The position numbers were made by a program, and so were the translations under genes. DNA of 64,000 nucleotides. Origin: Convolutriloba macropyga. Lineage: Eukaryota. The notes below the pieces were generated by a model. The model was not told the origin of the DNA. It did no database searches and saw only the letters and a program-made list of their open reading frames with translations. Positions 25,700 through 38,283 of this stretch are shown here, one piece after another. Each line of letters begins with the position of its first letter. The first letter of the stretch is position 1. The stretch lies in assembly GCF_964194025.1 (NCBI RefSeq), contig NC_134480.1, positions 37,696,001 to 37,760,000 of the forward strand, given 5' to 3'.

Positions 25700-28400
25700 T
25701 TGAAGAGCAATTGCTGTTCAAAGGCACTTTGAGCAGAATAAGAGATGAGTGAAACTCGCCAGAAAAGTCGAACGCAAAATGTCGAACAAGTTGTGAACTA
25801 AGCTAGTAAAGCAAAACAAATTTCTGTTCGACGAATTAAAAACCATAGCAGGACACGTCCTGAACCGGAATTTTAGAAAAATCAATGATTAAATAAATAA
25901 AAAAAAAACTAGACCAAAAGTGGATTATAAATGGATTGGAAAAAAATTGCCCCATGTGAACAAAAAACCAATAGCGAGAGAAGGAAATTTGTTCAAACAC
26001 CGTTCTTTGATTCTAATATATCAGAGCTAAAAAATCCCACGCAGCAAAAGCGCTCGCTTTTTTGCCTCACTTCTGTTTAGGCGTGACAAAAATCAATTCA
26101 ATATCTTGAATATGTGAAGCAATCTAAAAACATTGCAGTAAAACTTATCTTATGCTCTAGCCAACCACTAATAAACGTAATAAAACTATGTACATAATTA
26201 TATCATTCGAGCTGAAACCAAAAAACTGAGGAAAAACATCGAAGCAAATAGCAAAAGGAGATGACAATATTTCTTAAAATTGTAGACAAAAAACTTCTCC
26301 AAAAATAAATCTTTTAAACACATTGTCTGATATAGTTAACTTATATTCAACAAATGACTATCATATGGTACAAACAGAAAACAAAGAATAGCGGAAAAGC
26401 AGAGAAGCCGATCTGAATGAAAAGAATTTAAGAACAATACAAAAATGAGTTAGTTTTATATAACAATCTCTAAAAATGGCGACGTTTCATTTATTGCTCT
26501 CAGCACACTTTACAACCGAGTTTCTGCTTATACAATGAGAACGAAACGAAGCAAAGAACTATTGAAAAAACAGTAGGATCATTTTCTAAGGAAAATCTGA
26601 CGCATAAAACCGTCATTCCCCCCCCCCCCCCCGAATAAAAATACCCCCAGGTATAACTCCAGGTAATAACTCTTAATAAGCAATTAAGCATGAAAAAACA
26701 TTCGGAACACCAGAAACACAGAATAATCAGTCAAAAACTTTTTTCTTTAAAAAAACAAAGTTAAGCACAAAATCGACTTGAACGTAGCCGTCTACTTTTT
26801 GCAACTTCAACAAATATGAATTAGCATCAATCGAAAGTAAACGTCATAAGAACAGACAAAATTTCTGACTAAGCGCAATTCCGATCACTCAAAAGTCAAC
26901 CAGTGAAGCGTTAAAAATCAATCAATAAATGAAATATCGAAAGAGTGCTCTAGAAGAAAACAGAAGATAACAACTTCTAGATAACAACTTTTCAAAATTA
27001 AAAAACGCACTGAAAAATGCGCACGTGAAATATTTTGCTCGCTGAACGAAAGTTTTCCAACACCTATTTTTCTCACTCTCTCTCAAAAATGAGGGATGAT
27101 CAAAAATCGCTTTCTCTTCTCACTGCTCTTCAAACCGTTCAGCCGTTGGACCTTAACACTTAGTGTTCAGGCGAAGCATTGAATTTTACATCTTGTTTTA
27201 AATAGACTCCAATGATCATCGATAAAAAAACCCTCCAACAGTTCTCCTCTTAGAGTAAAAAAAGACATCTCCGCTTCGAGTCATTAATAAATTGATCAAC
27301 AACAAATAAGTTCTCACAAGTTTTTTCGATGAAAAGGGGTGTTGAAGTAATGCATGATTATTTCGATGAGCAGCTGCTGCTCAAAAGCACTTTCAGCAGA
27401 ATGAGAGGAGTGAATCTAGCCTAGAAAACCCAAAATGCCGAACAAGCTGTAAAGCAAAACAAATTTTGTTTGACGAATTTAAAAAAACATAGCAGGACAA
27501 GTCCTGACTCGTAATTTAAAAAAAATCAATGACTAAATAAAAAACTAGACCTAAAGTGAAATATAACTTGATCGGAAATTATAACTAAATAAAAATCAAA
27601 GCCAAATTGCCGCATGTTAACGAAAAACAACAAGCGAGCCAGCGAGTTTTTCGAACACCGTTCTCTCACCCTAAATTAAAATTGAGTTTAAAAAATCTAC
27701 GCTGCAAAACTCGTTTTTTTTCTACTCACTTTGAGGTAGACGTGACCAAAATCCCACTTAAATAACTTCAAACATGAAAACGTGTGAACAAATATTTAAA
27801 AATATACAATCGGAAGACTTTGGAAAAGACTCGAAGCAAAACTTAACTTTTCCCAATTGAAACAAGAAATGGAGGAAAGAAGTAAAAATCAAATCGAGAT
27901 ATTTTTTAAAACTTTTGAATAAAGGCTTCTCCAAACCATTGCTTACAATACAATGATTGAAATGGTTAAAATGATGCTTAGCAAATGGCCAACAAACTTA
28001 AGGTCATATGGTACAAAAAGAAAACAAAACTTATCGAAAAAGGAGAAAACCTATCAAAATGAAAAAAAAAATTAAAAAATCTACAAATCTGCTTATTTCT
28101 ATAACAATTTCTATAATTAGCGACGTATCATTTATTCCTGTTAGCACACATTACCATACAGTTTTATAGTTTCTGCCTATTCATTGAGCAACATTAAACC
28201 CAAATGCATTGGAAAAACTCTTGAAAAAGTTTTCACTTACTCCCCTAACAAAAATTCGGCAGAAAATTTCGCCAGAAAAACGGAAGTACTAGACAAAAAA
28301 CCTTAAGAAAAGACAAAATTAAGCACAACATCGACTCGAACTTAGCCATTTTTTAATTAAAACAAACTCAAATTAATATCAACTGAATCGAAAGGTCACC
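25700..28400. repeat. Older diverged duplication (~25700-26900 vs ~27365-28400) containing family-2 ends
   Basis: Shared collinear anchors: gcacttt.agcagaat, catagcaggac..gtcctga, tcatatggtacaaa, gcgacgt.tcatttatt, ttaagcacaa.atcgact.gaac.tagcc. Confidence 0.7.
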
Positions 28401-28851
28401 CAAGCTAATTAAATTATACAGAAAATCTTAAACCGACTAGCGTCAGACGAATTGCTCTCAAACGACAGGCGAGGCAACCAATTTAGAAGGGGTATAGGCT
28501 AGAGAAACTTTTATGGGCAAGAACTTTGAGGAGGCTTTCGATACTTCAACCTCGGATGAGATTTTGCCCAAAGAAGACAAACACACTTTTACAATAGTTT
28601 CCTCAATCTTCGTTCGGGAGTAATTAAAAACATACGGTAAAAATTTGAAAAAGAATGCAAAAACCACTACAGCTTCTAAAACTGAGACATTACAAATATA
28701 GCTCAAGATTGAATCTGAGAATCTATTAAATGATTGAGATGGCCAAAATGATGCCAAACGCACAAATACCTATTAATATGGTTTACAAAAAAAACAACTT
28801 TACTTGAGAACAATTGAAACTTTAAAAAAAGGTTTTGAAAAAGACGTTATG

Positions 28852-29748
28852 AAAACATAGCTGGCAGATTGCCAGGAAAATAGCCGCAATAGATTTGTAG
28901 ATCGGCAGTCTAAAAAAAACAGACCAAAAAAATTCGTCTTTTCATTGAAGGCAGATCTGTTATATTTTGATTAAAAATCTGTATAAGTTATTGCTGCCTC
29001 TATTAGCTGATCTCAAATAACCTTCATTTAGAGTGAAACACACCCATTTGACCTTATCTCTTTGAATTAAAGTAAATAAAAGTCAATTTCAAAGTGAGGA
29101 AGTCATTTTTGAGAGTGAGGTAAGTCAAGTGTGACCAAAAATTTAATCACGCGCATGAACAAAACAATTCGCTCCACTAAGAGCGAAAAATGACGTCACA
29201 CATGCAATTCAGTTGAAATTGCATTAACGAATGAACAAAAAGTGGCTGTGACGTCATATGGTCGTAACAAAAATCATGAAGACGAAATAAAAAACATAGC
29301 AGGACAAGTCCTGACGTACAATTCAAAGAATTTTTATTGACTAAACAGAAAACTAGACCACGAACGGACTATAAATGGATTGAGAAAACCATTTAGAAAA
29401 AAATCCGATCCAAAAAATCGAAAAAACTGTAAAAATCAAAGTGAAATTGCCGCATGTGAACAAAAAATCACTAGTGAGAAAGCGAATATTTGTTCAAACA
29501 CCGTTTTCTCACTCTACTTTAAATTTAGAGCAAAAAAATTTCACGCCGCAAAACCACTCGCTTTTTCGCTCCACTTCCTGTTTCGGCGTGACCAAAATCA
29601 CTACTCCAATTTGACTTCAAAAATCACGAAAATGTGTGAACATATCTTAAAAAAAAAAAGACAGCCCCCCAATACAATTCAAATTCTTTGAATTGTAAAA
29701 AACCAAGAGAAGGCCAATAATAGCCCCAGCTATCGCTGTGCGGCTATT
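28852..29748 (-). mobile_element. Nested composite Helentron-like element (inner family-2 unit 29291-29697 within outer family-4 ends), copy 1
   Basis: Outer inverted pair aatagccgca / tgcggctatt; inner perfect 17-bp inverted pair tacaattcaaagaattt / aaattctttgaattgta; collinear with 50860-51762. Confidence 0.7.
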
Positions 29749-30135
29749 AAAAATGAGGCATGATCAGAAAATTGCTCTCTTCTCTCTGCTTTTCAATTCG
29801 TTCAGCCGCTTGACCTAAACACTTAGTTTCCATGCGCGGCATTGACTTTTACTTCCTGTTTTAAATAGACTTCATAAATCATCGAAAAAAAAACGCTCCA
29901 CCAGTAATCCTCTCGAGTATTAAAAAAGACATCTCATCTCCGAGTCTTATATAAATTGAACAAAAACACACATGTTTTTGAGAAGTGTTTATAAAAAATT
30001 GCTAGATCAATGCAGGAGGGGTAATCGTGACACGATATCAAAGCAAAAAGCTGACTCGTTAGTATGCCGATAGCATCTAATGATAGCATCTATTCGATCC
30101 GACAATAAAGGCAAATTAAAAGATGGTAAAATAAC

Positions 30136-30381
30136 CTCTAACAAATGCAGTGGCACAGCCAGTGCAGGTTTCTGCGAACTCCAGCTCTGCAACTGTCGTC
30201 TCCTCTTTTTGATTACCCACTCCTGTTCTGCTGTTTTGTTCTAGACTCACCAGCTTCAGTCTGTCCTTGCGCTTACTCACAATAATTGAGAATAGCTTTG
30301 TGTTGATGAGCAAAAATTTCAGAGGTGTCCAGCCTGTTGTTAGCTCACTTGAGACGAAAGATGGCTGTATCAGTCCAGTCA
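30136..30381 (-). CDS. Uncharacterised ~440-aa protein, exon 2
   Basis: Strong acceptor tctgtctttttgttcgcag|TG; open frame VTGLIQPS...TAFVR; phase-1 donor AG|GTTATT; GC-richer than flanks. Confidence 0.7.
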
Positions 30382-31064
30382 CTGCGAACAAAAAGACAGA
30401 TATTATGACTGTCCAGCAACAAAACACATTGCTAAAATTCCACACCCTCAATTGCTAAGTGACCAGCAATAGTGATCACTTTTCTCAGCTGTCCGTTTAT
30501 TTTTTTCTTCAGACAATTTATGGTAATATCTTTTTTGTTCTAGAAAAACAAATGTCACTTCCAGAAACGCCTAATTTAGTCGCCACGTTTTTGGTCCAAA
30601 TAATTACTTCAGCCTCATTTTAATTCCAATGAAATAGTTTTATAAAAACAAAAGAGACCAAAGTAATGACTAACTCAAAAAAGGGGCGATTAGGTTAGGT
30701 TGGGCTTTGGTGCGAATGATATTGAATTGTCTAAAATATTGTCCAATATATTTACCATGAATAGCTTGATGCAAAATGAATGTACAACAAAGAAACGAGG
30801 GGGCGATAACTGTCTGTTATTGCGCAATTGAGGATCCGGAATTCCGATTATTTTCTTTGGCTCGATAGCCACATTTACTTTCCGAGTTTAGGCAAAAAAG
30901 AGAAAAAACATAAAGAGGTTTCATTAACTTTCTCAGGGGCTAATCAAATTCACTTATCCGACCCTGGATAAAATAGTCCATACAGCAACGCAGGATATGG
31001 ACCTCCCAAGGAAACCCACATTAAAAGCAAAATTCGGTAGGAAACGATTTTGTTTATGTAGTAC

Positions 31065-31266
31065 CTGATTCGAACTTAGAGAATGCACTGCAATTGTAGT
31101 AGAGAAGAAGTCGTTTGTAGTAATCCCAGTTCTTGAACAGTCTGAACTTCAACTGTACAGGATTGTCCTCATCGAACACTCCAGGGTAGTCACTCACATT
31201 GTCATAGCAGTGCAGTTTTGACAACAGGAATCTATGAGAAGCATGGAGTGAACAGACGTATCTCAT
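31065..31266 (-). CDS. Uncharacterised ~440-aa protein, exon 1
   Basis: A-rich context ATG; open frame MRYVCSLH...KFES; phase-1 donor CAG|GTACT matches the phase of the next exon. Confidence 0.65.
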
Positions 31267-33430
31267 TTTTTTTATTTTTAACTCCTCCAGTGAATTGCTT
31301 TGACGTTCATGCGCTCATGTATTTACAACTGTAAAAGGTCATTCATGAATGCTACAAATTCAACAGAATAGAAATGCAACATTACACATACGCCATTAAT
31401 AAGTCGTTGAGAGTGCTTGCTTACTGACGCAAAACCTTACATAACCTACTGGTGGAGAAAAAACTGCTCTACTGGAACGGCTGGAATCTATTACGGTCTG
31501 CTCCAGTTAAATGGGGTTTGGTGCAATTTTGGCGCATATAACGGATGTCAATTGAGGTACGCAGCCTAAAACTGTGAATGATAGAGCAAGTTAGAACATT
31601 GCCGGCAGATTGCTGAAATCGCTGCCATATAGAATTGCGGCCGTAGAATACATATAGATACAAACACAGAACTCAGCTAATGGAATTGCCTATGTGATTG
31701 AATTTCTTCCATAATTCGTCACTATTTGAAGCAGACCATGCTAAATGATCAAAATTTTCAAAAATTGTATTTTTATATTAAATATGTAAATTATTGCAAA
31801 ACTGGCCTACACTTTGCAAAAAAGTAACGCCAAGCAGTTCAGCAAACTGACTTTTACAAACCAGGCTTTTTTGACCTCTAAATAATAACGCCAGCAACGA
31901 ATAAGTCACTGTGAAGAAGTCATTTGAGAAGTCAAAGAATGTTGTACTGCAGGAAGAGCAAAAAAGAGTAACACAAGAAATTTGCATTAAAAAAGACACG
32001 TTTACAATAATCGATTCAAACTTTGTTCGAGAGCAATTGATAGGAGAATGTTTTTAAATTTGAACAACAAATTTCAAAAAATAAAATAAATTTGGAAAAA
32101 TACGCCCAATGTTTACAAATTTACGCTCCATAATGGCTGGAAAAATACAAAAACGTCAAATTAAAAGTATCTCAAGCTCTGGAATCTATTTTTCAAATGT
32201 TATCACTCCTATCAACGCAAAACTATACCGATGGCCCTAGATTGACAATCAAGAATACCCTTCGAGAATAATTTCTCTCAGGAAAAACAATAGTACTTGA
32301 TTTCCCAGTAAAGCCCTTCATTGCTCGTCTTAATTGAATTCAATAGCGCGATTGAACTAAATTCGACGTAATTAGTAATCCTACCCCATTTCAGTAAGGT
32401 ACTACCAAAAAGTTTACCGTAGAATTAGATTGAATGGGAGCTAATAGGTTTAATGCGTTATAGTTTGTTAGCTATCATAACCTTATCTAACTTTGATTAT
32501 TTAGCTATACCACAAAATTTTTTGTAAACAGACTTATTGACATTAGAGCACGAAATATGTTCTTTGAGTTGTCTTCCAGTGCCGATTAACTAGAATAAAT
32601 TGTTCAAATTCCAAATTCAAAAGCTTACCGATTGCCAACTATAATGGATCGCCATCTGTCGCAAACAAGAGAACACGTGATCAGATCTAAGGGTGTCAAA
32701 AATGAGAAATAGGATTCCACAATTTCTTGAGGTACTCCCAGGGCTAACTCTGGACATCTCGATCCTTTGGAACTCGTTAGAGATACCCCGCCAATGTCCA
32801 CCATTTCTCAGCCAACTGGATTAAAAGATTCAATCTAATACATGTTAAACCTGAAAAAGAGCGGTTCCATGTTTTACCAATCTTTGGAAAACTTTTAAAT
32901 CGCTAACACTGAAAATTTGAAATTAACTCAACTTGAATTAGGAAAACAGGGATGCAACCCTGTAATCCTGTTTATGGCCTCTTGCAAAGTTGCGTTATTC
33001 TTCCGAGCAGCACCTTTTCCAATGAGTTCATCCCGTGAGCAAAGTTTTTGTTTTCATAACCATGAGTGTCACAAACTAATGCTCGTTTCTGCAGTGACAA
33101 TTGTTTAGATAGTCTTATGTGAGCCGAGACTCACTAAACAATTCATTCACACCACTACAAAAAGGTGCAAAATAGTCAATTGCACATGGTTTTATTGCAG
33201 CAGTGGTAATTGGGGTGGAGTTATCATTTCTAGTATACTGCATTACGTAAAATGGTTCAATTCTCGTAAATTCTTTACAAAAGATCGGAATCTATCCAAT
33301 AGATTCTCCAGTAGAATCTAGCTACGACCTGAAAAAATTTGCTCATAAAATCGTTAATTATAATATTGTAGGTCAAAACTAGAATGTCTATATATCAGTT
33401 GTGCTGGGCAGTTTTCGATCACATTTGACG

Positions 33431-33594
33431 TCACTGTAATAACTGCTTTGGATCTCTGTATCCTAAGTGTGACAAATCTTCGTATTTATCGAGTGGATTG
33501 AGCTCTTTCTGCGAATAAATGGACGACGGCGGTTTGAATATCAGATGGTAGTTGATCAGATAAGATGCTGAGAAGACCACAGCTGAGAACACAC
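33431..33594 (-). CDS. Small putative membrane protein, exon 2 (terminal)
   Basis: Acceptor ttttatttcag|GT, phase-compatible with exon 1; frame GVFSAVVFSASYLINYHLIFKPP...DPKQLLQ*. Confidence 0.55.
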
Positions 33595-33601
33595 CTGAAA
33601 T

Positions 33602-33836
33602 AAAACATAAGACTAACGATGGAAGAATTGCTCTCGAACGACAGTCGAGTCAATTTAATTCAGGGGCTGTAGCCTAGGTAAATTTTTCTTAATGGGTGCA
33701 AAAATCAAGAAGTGCGTGAAAAAGTCACTTGAGAAGTCAAAGAATGTTCTAGAAGAAAAGCGCAAATGCGAAAAATGTGCAGAAAAAAGACCAACACGTT
33801 TACAGTAATTGCTAGGAACTTCGTTCGAGAGCAATT
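33602..33836 (-). mobile_element. Family-3 short Helentron-like element
   Basis: Perfect 16-bp inverted pair aattgctctcgaacga (33626) / tcgttcgagagcaatt (33821), asymmetrically placed; related ends at ~21840, 23020, 24790, 32010, 56125. Confidence 0.65.
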
Positions 33837-35286
33837 AATTATCTCGAGTCACCTCAAAAATATCCAGATCAAAGATCTCCGCGTTTGCTTTTCGTGTTGA
33901 TGTGCAACCTTGATCGCCTGAGCTACAGAGTTACGTCTGAATTGCACAGTGCTCATATTGCATATTAAGTACTGCATTAAAAAATAGATTTTCCTTTGCA
34001 CCAGTATACAGAAAGAATAACTGACATCAGAACATAGTCAGATAAGAACGATGATCTTATCCGGCTTTTGCTAGATGAATGATGAAATAAGACACTTAGT
34101 TATTTAAGAAGTTATTTCTAAATAATTTAATCAGTTATAAAAAGTTGTTTTTGATACAGAGCTCATTCATAGATCCAAATTAAATAATTGATCTGGTTGC
34201 CTCGGAAGGTTGTCTTATGGCACGTTAGGTGTAGCTAATGCACAGGTTACGTGTTAACATATCTGCTCTCCAACCAACTACATCAGGTAACAGCGATTAA
34301 TTGAAAAACTGACAGAAAAAAAATCAACACTGTATTCTTCTCATAGGTCCGAGTTCTTCCCACTCCATCAAGAAAACAATTTTTTTAATACGAACAATTC
34401 ATATGTGATTTAAAGAAAGAGACAGCTAGCGTCTCTCGTGAGTTTCATTGTTGCTTTCAGGCATAGCGCTCATTCGCGCTAACCGCTTCAAAACAGTAAA
34501 AAAAGTGCTGACTGGGAACCACCAGAAACTACTGGAACCACCATTTGAATACCAATTTGGTGCCAATATTGCCATTTTTTAACTTGTTGCTCAATTTTTC
34601 TGGTCTAAAAAGAGCAGTTAGAACAAAATCTGGCGGAAAACTATGTAGCCGGGGCCATCACATGAAACGGCACGATAAACACTGTTAACTAATAACTCGG
34701 TTTTGCAGGAACAAAACTTTTGCGTTCAGCTTCATGCAGGGATTACCTAAGCGGCAAAGCTTCTCAAAAGTCAAAAAGTTCACGCCAGAAGCGATTACCA
34801 GGCTACAGGCTGTTACATCAGAGGTTGAGTAGAGTACACTAACCTTGAGTTAATCGGACAGTAACCAAAAAATACCGAAAGCACACCGTGGATCATCTAT
34901 ATTGGTTGGATTATATAGCAAATTCAATAGCAAATTTTTGCAACTTTTTAGGTAGCAAGCTGCAAAGGTTTACTATCAAATTGCAGCTCCCAATTTGCCT
35001 TACAAGGTGCAGAGGGCTAACAAAAGAGGCGACCTGAACGGGTCTCCTTGCCAGAATCAAGATTGAATAATAATGGAGTAGGAACAAAACATAAAAAGGG
35101 GCTAAAGTAGGCCTCAATTTTTTCGCCTCGAAAATACTGCTCCTTTTAAACAAATTTAAAGGGCTCTGATAAGGAGGCATACAAGTGTCAGGTAAAGTAG
35201 GCAAAAGTCAATCCCAAAAAATTATATATAAAACTGATACTCATAAAATCACGCAATCGATGCGATTCATTCAAGCAATGAGACCG

Positions 35287-37760
35287 TGTAATATGACTTT
35301 GTGACTAAATACTTAATATTCTAAATTGTTGAATAATGTTTCTCGCTGAATTAATTAACTACTAAACGAAAAATATTTTGTTCTGTAATCTATTCTTTCA
35401 AGGATTTGTTCAACAGAGCCTGCGCGGCGAGGAATTTACTTAGAAACAGGCCCGACATCTTTTATAAGAACCCGAGTTGAAGAGAGTTCAATTTGAGATT
35501 GAATCTTTTGACTGCTGATCTTTAGTTTGACATTTTTGGTTGTCTTTCAACTTGCTAGTTTTCAAGACTCGAGGGTCGTATTTAAATTTGACTAATCAGA
35601 AAACAAAAACATCAAGATAAACTCTTCAGGCGCGTGCTGTTCAAATGTACTGAATATAGCAAAGCCTACAATGTAATTATTATGAGGAAATCAAATAAAG
35701 AAAGATAAAAAAGTGGTTTTATAGCATAAATAGTTGAGAAAGTTTACTGGATATCAAAGAACATTCTTCCGGCAACGTTTTGAAGCTCCGCAGCGGGGCG
35801 CCACGAAGGTGAAGTTAGAGAAAATTAGATTATTACCAGGGAATAATGGTACGACGATGAATCCTCGAAAAGAAGCACAAACTAGCGGAAACTTTGATTT
35901 TCGACTCCGCTATAGGGTTCTAACGTTCTTTGCCCGTTAGCGGCCATCTCAGTCACTTATAAATCTCGAAAATTCACTGGCAAAATTTAAAAAGAACGAT
36001 ATGGAAGGGTCGAGTGCACTTAATTAAATCTAGAGTTCTCTTATTCTGAAACTACAATCAAAGGGTTTTGAAATCATCCAAGTCAATGTCAGGTCAACCG
36101 AATGTTATCAAGGGCACCTAATTAAATCACTATTTTTTGCAACTCTAAGTTATTATTCTAGGAAACCATTATTCTGAAATTACAATGAAAGGAGCTTTGA
36201 AATCATCCAAGTAAAATTCAGAGCCAAAGATCAGAAGTTCATTAAATTCATGGGCTTTTTGTCTCCTGGTTTTTAGGGCACTTAACTCAGGCACGTTTGT
36301 CATTAGAATCTTGTATTAAAAACTCAATTGGCTTTGTTTTGTAGGAAAAAACAGCACTGATAACTGTTCAGATGATGATTTCCATTGTTTGGGGGCTAGC
36401 GAACTGAAAATAACTGCATTCTGTCTATTCATCAAAATGTTTCCAGTAGCGACAGTTCTTAGCTACTTCGTGTTATATTAATCAGGCAAGGGCATTTCAA
36501 ATTAGCATCAAAATATTATTTTTACGGATTAAGTTTCAACACAATCTTCAATTTATTTGATTACCAGTATCTCTGTGTGCCCCTTATGTGTAGTAATTCT
36601 GTCACTGAAGCGCTTTTCCTTTTCCTCTTCAAAGTTCATAATCTGTACCATTCACAATCGACAATCAAAACGAGAACATGATAGATGTTCTTGTCATAAA
36701 AAGTCAGACGACAGTAGTGGAAATGCGAAAAAAAAAATCCTAAGAAATGCTATACTAAATTCAAGGCCGTAATCCCCCTAACATATTATAACAGAATGAA
36801 CTACAAACTACTAACTTTAATTACAATCTTCATTTTCAAAAACTATCTCGAATTTCAGTGCAGCTATGCATCTCTCTTTATTTCTTTAACTACTAAATTA
36901 AAATTGTGTTTGCCGTCGAAGAATATTATCGCGATAACTCGATATTTGTAACGGTCTGTAAATCTAACGATGACAAAAAAATTCTCTTCAAAGAACACGT
37001 AGTATGCTTCCACAGATGTACTTTTGATTTGAGCACTTCCGTAAGAAAAGAGTGTAAATCCAAAATTATACAACTATCTAACTTCGTCTGATGAATATAA
37101 GCTTTAAAATAGTGATTAGAAAAACTCTGGAATTGATAAAACTGAAAATAAAGTAGACCACTTCTGGCAGTGAAAACAATTTAACAAGCTGTCTACACTC
37201 CTGTCACCTTGTAATATGACTTTGTGATTAATTGAGATGGTTAAATTCTTGCAGTAATCTTTCTCGCCTAATTAATTAACTACTAAATGACATAAATTTT
37301 GTTCTACAATATATTCTGCCAAAGCTTTAAAGATTTGTTATGCAGGGCGTGAGCGGTTAGAGATTTACATCGGAAGATGGCCGCGACAATATAAGAACTC
37401 TAGGTAAAGAGTTCAATTTGAGCCTGAATTGTCTTACTGCTGACATTTACATTGACAACTTTGTCTGTCTTTTAGCTGACTATTTGTAAAAATCGGGGCC
37501 GTATTAACAATTGAGCTATCATAAACGGAAACATCGAGATTAACACTTGGGTCACGGGCGTAATCATACAACGAAAACATCGAGATTAACACTTCGGGCA
37601 CGTGCAGGTCAAATAACATTGAAAAATGTACAATGCAAATATAAACACCGGTTAGCACTATCAGAAATTTCTCTATTATGAGTAAAACAAATACAAAAGT
37701 TAAGTGGTTTTTATAGCAAATATGCTTGAAAAAATTTACAGGATTTAAAAGAATAAACAC
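35287..37760. repeat. Diverged ~500-bp direct repeats (35287-35770; 37210-37760)
   Basis: Shared tgtaatatgactttgtga, attaattaactactaaa, agagttcaatttgag, aagtggttttatagca. Confidence 0.65.
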
Positions 37761-38283
37761 TTTCGCATCTGAATAAGTCAGCAAAATCAAGTCTACAAAT
37801 GGTGTTGGAAATACAGTGTTCAAACATACCCAACACATTGCCGAAAAATAGCCGCCGCTGGTTCCCATAACCACGATTAGCATTGAGAGAAGATAAAATA
37901 TTTAACAATGATTTGTGTAAAAAACAATTTAAAAGTTCAAACTGTTTTGATGTCATGCTGTAGTTGAACATACTCCTGCTTCATAGAGAGACAATACGGG
38001 AGCTAGTATCCATACCAATAAGCATTAGAGATGGTAACTAAGACTTATAAGAAATAAGAAAAAAGTTCGAGTAACGGGCATCTAAAACTGGACTTATTTC
38101 TGATTTCGTTCATTGATACTGACACTGTTCATTTTGAATTGCTTGATGCGCAACTGCTGTTTAAAATTACTTGCAGCAGAATGAGCGAGTGAAACTAGCC
38201 TAGAGAAGTGAAAAGACTTCACGCAAAATATTTAACAGGCTGTGAACAAAGGTAAAGCGAAAAAAATTAGTTCGACGAAGTAA

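Noticed and set aside
37434-37971. 149-aa and 86-aa hydrophobic ORFs
   Set aside because: Overlap a diverged repeat and a short tandem duplication; composition reflects AT-rich non-coding DNA.
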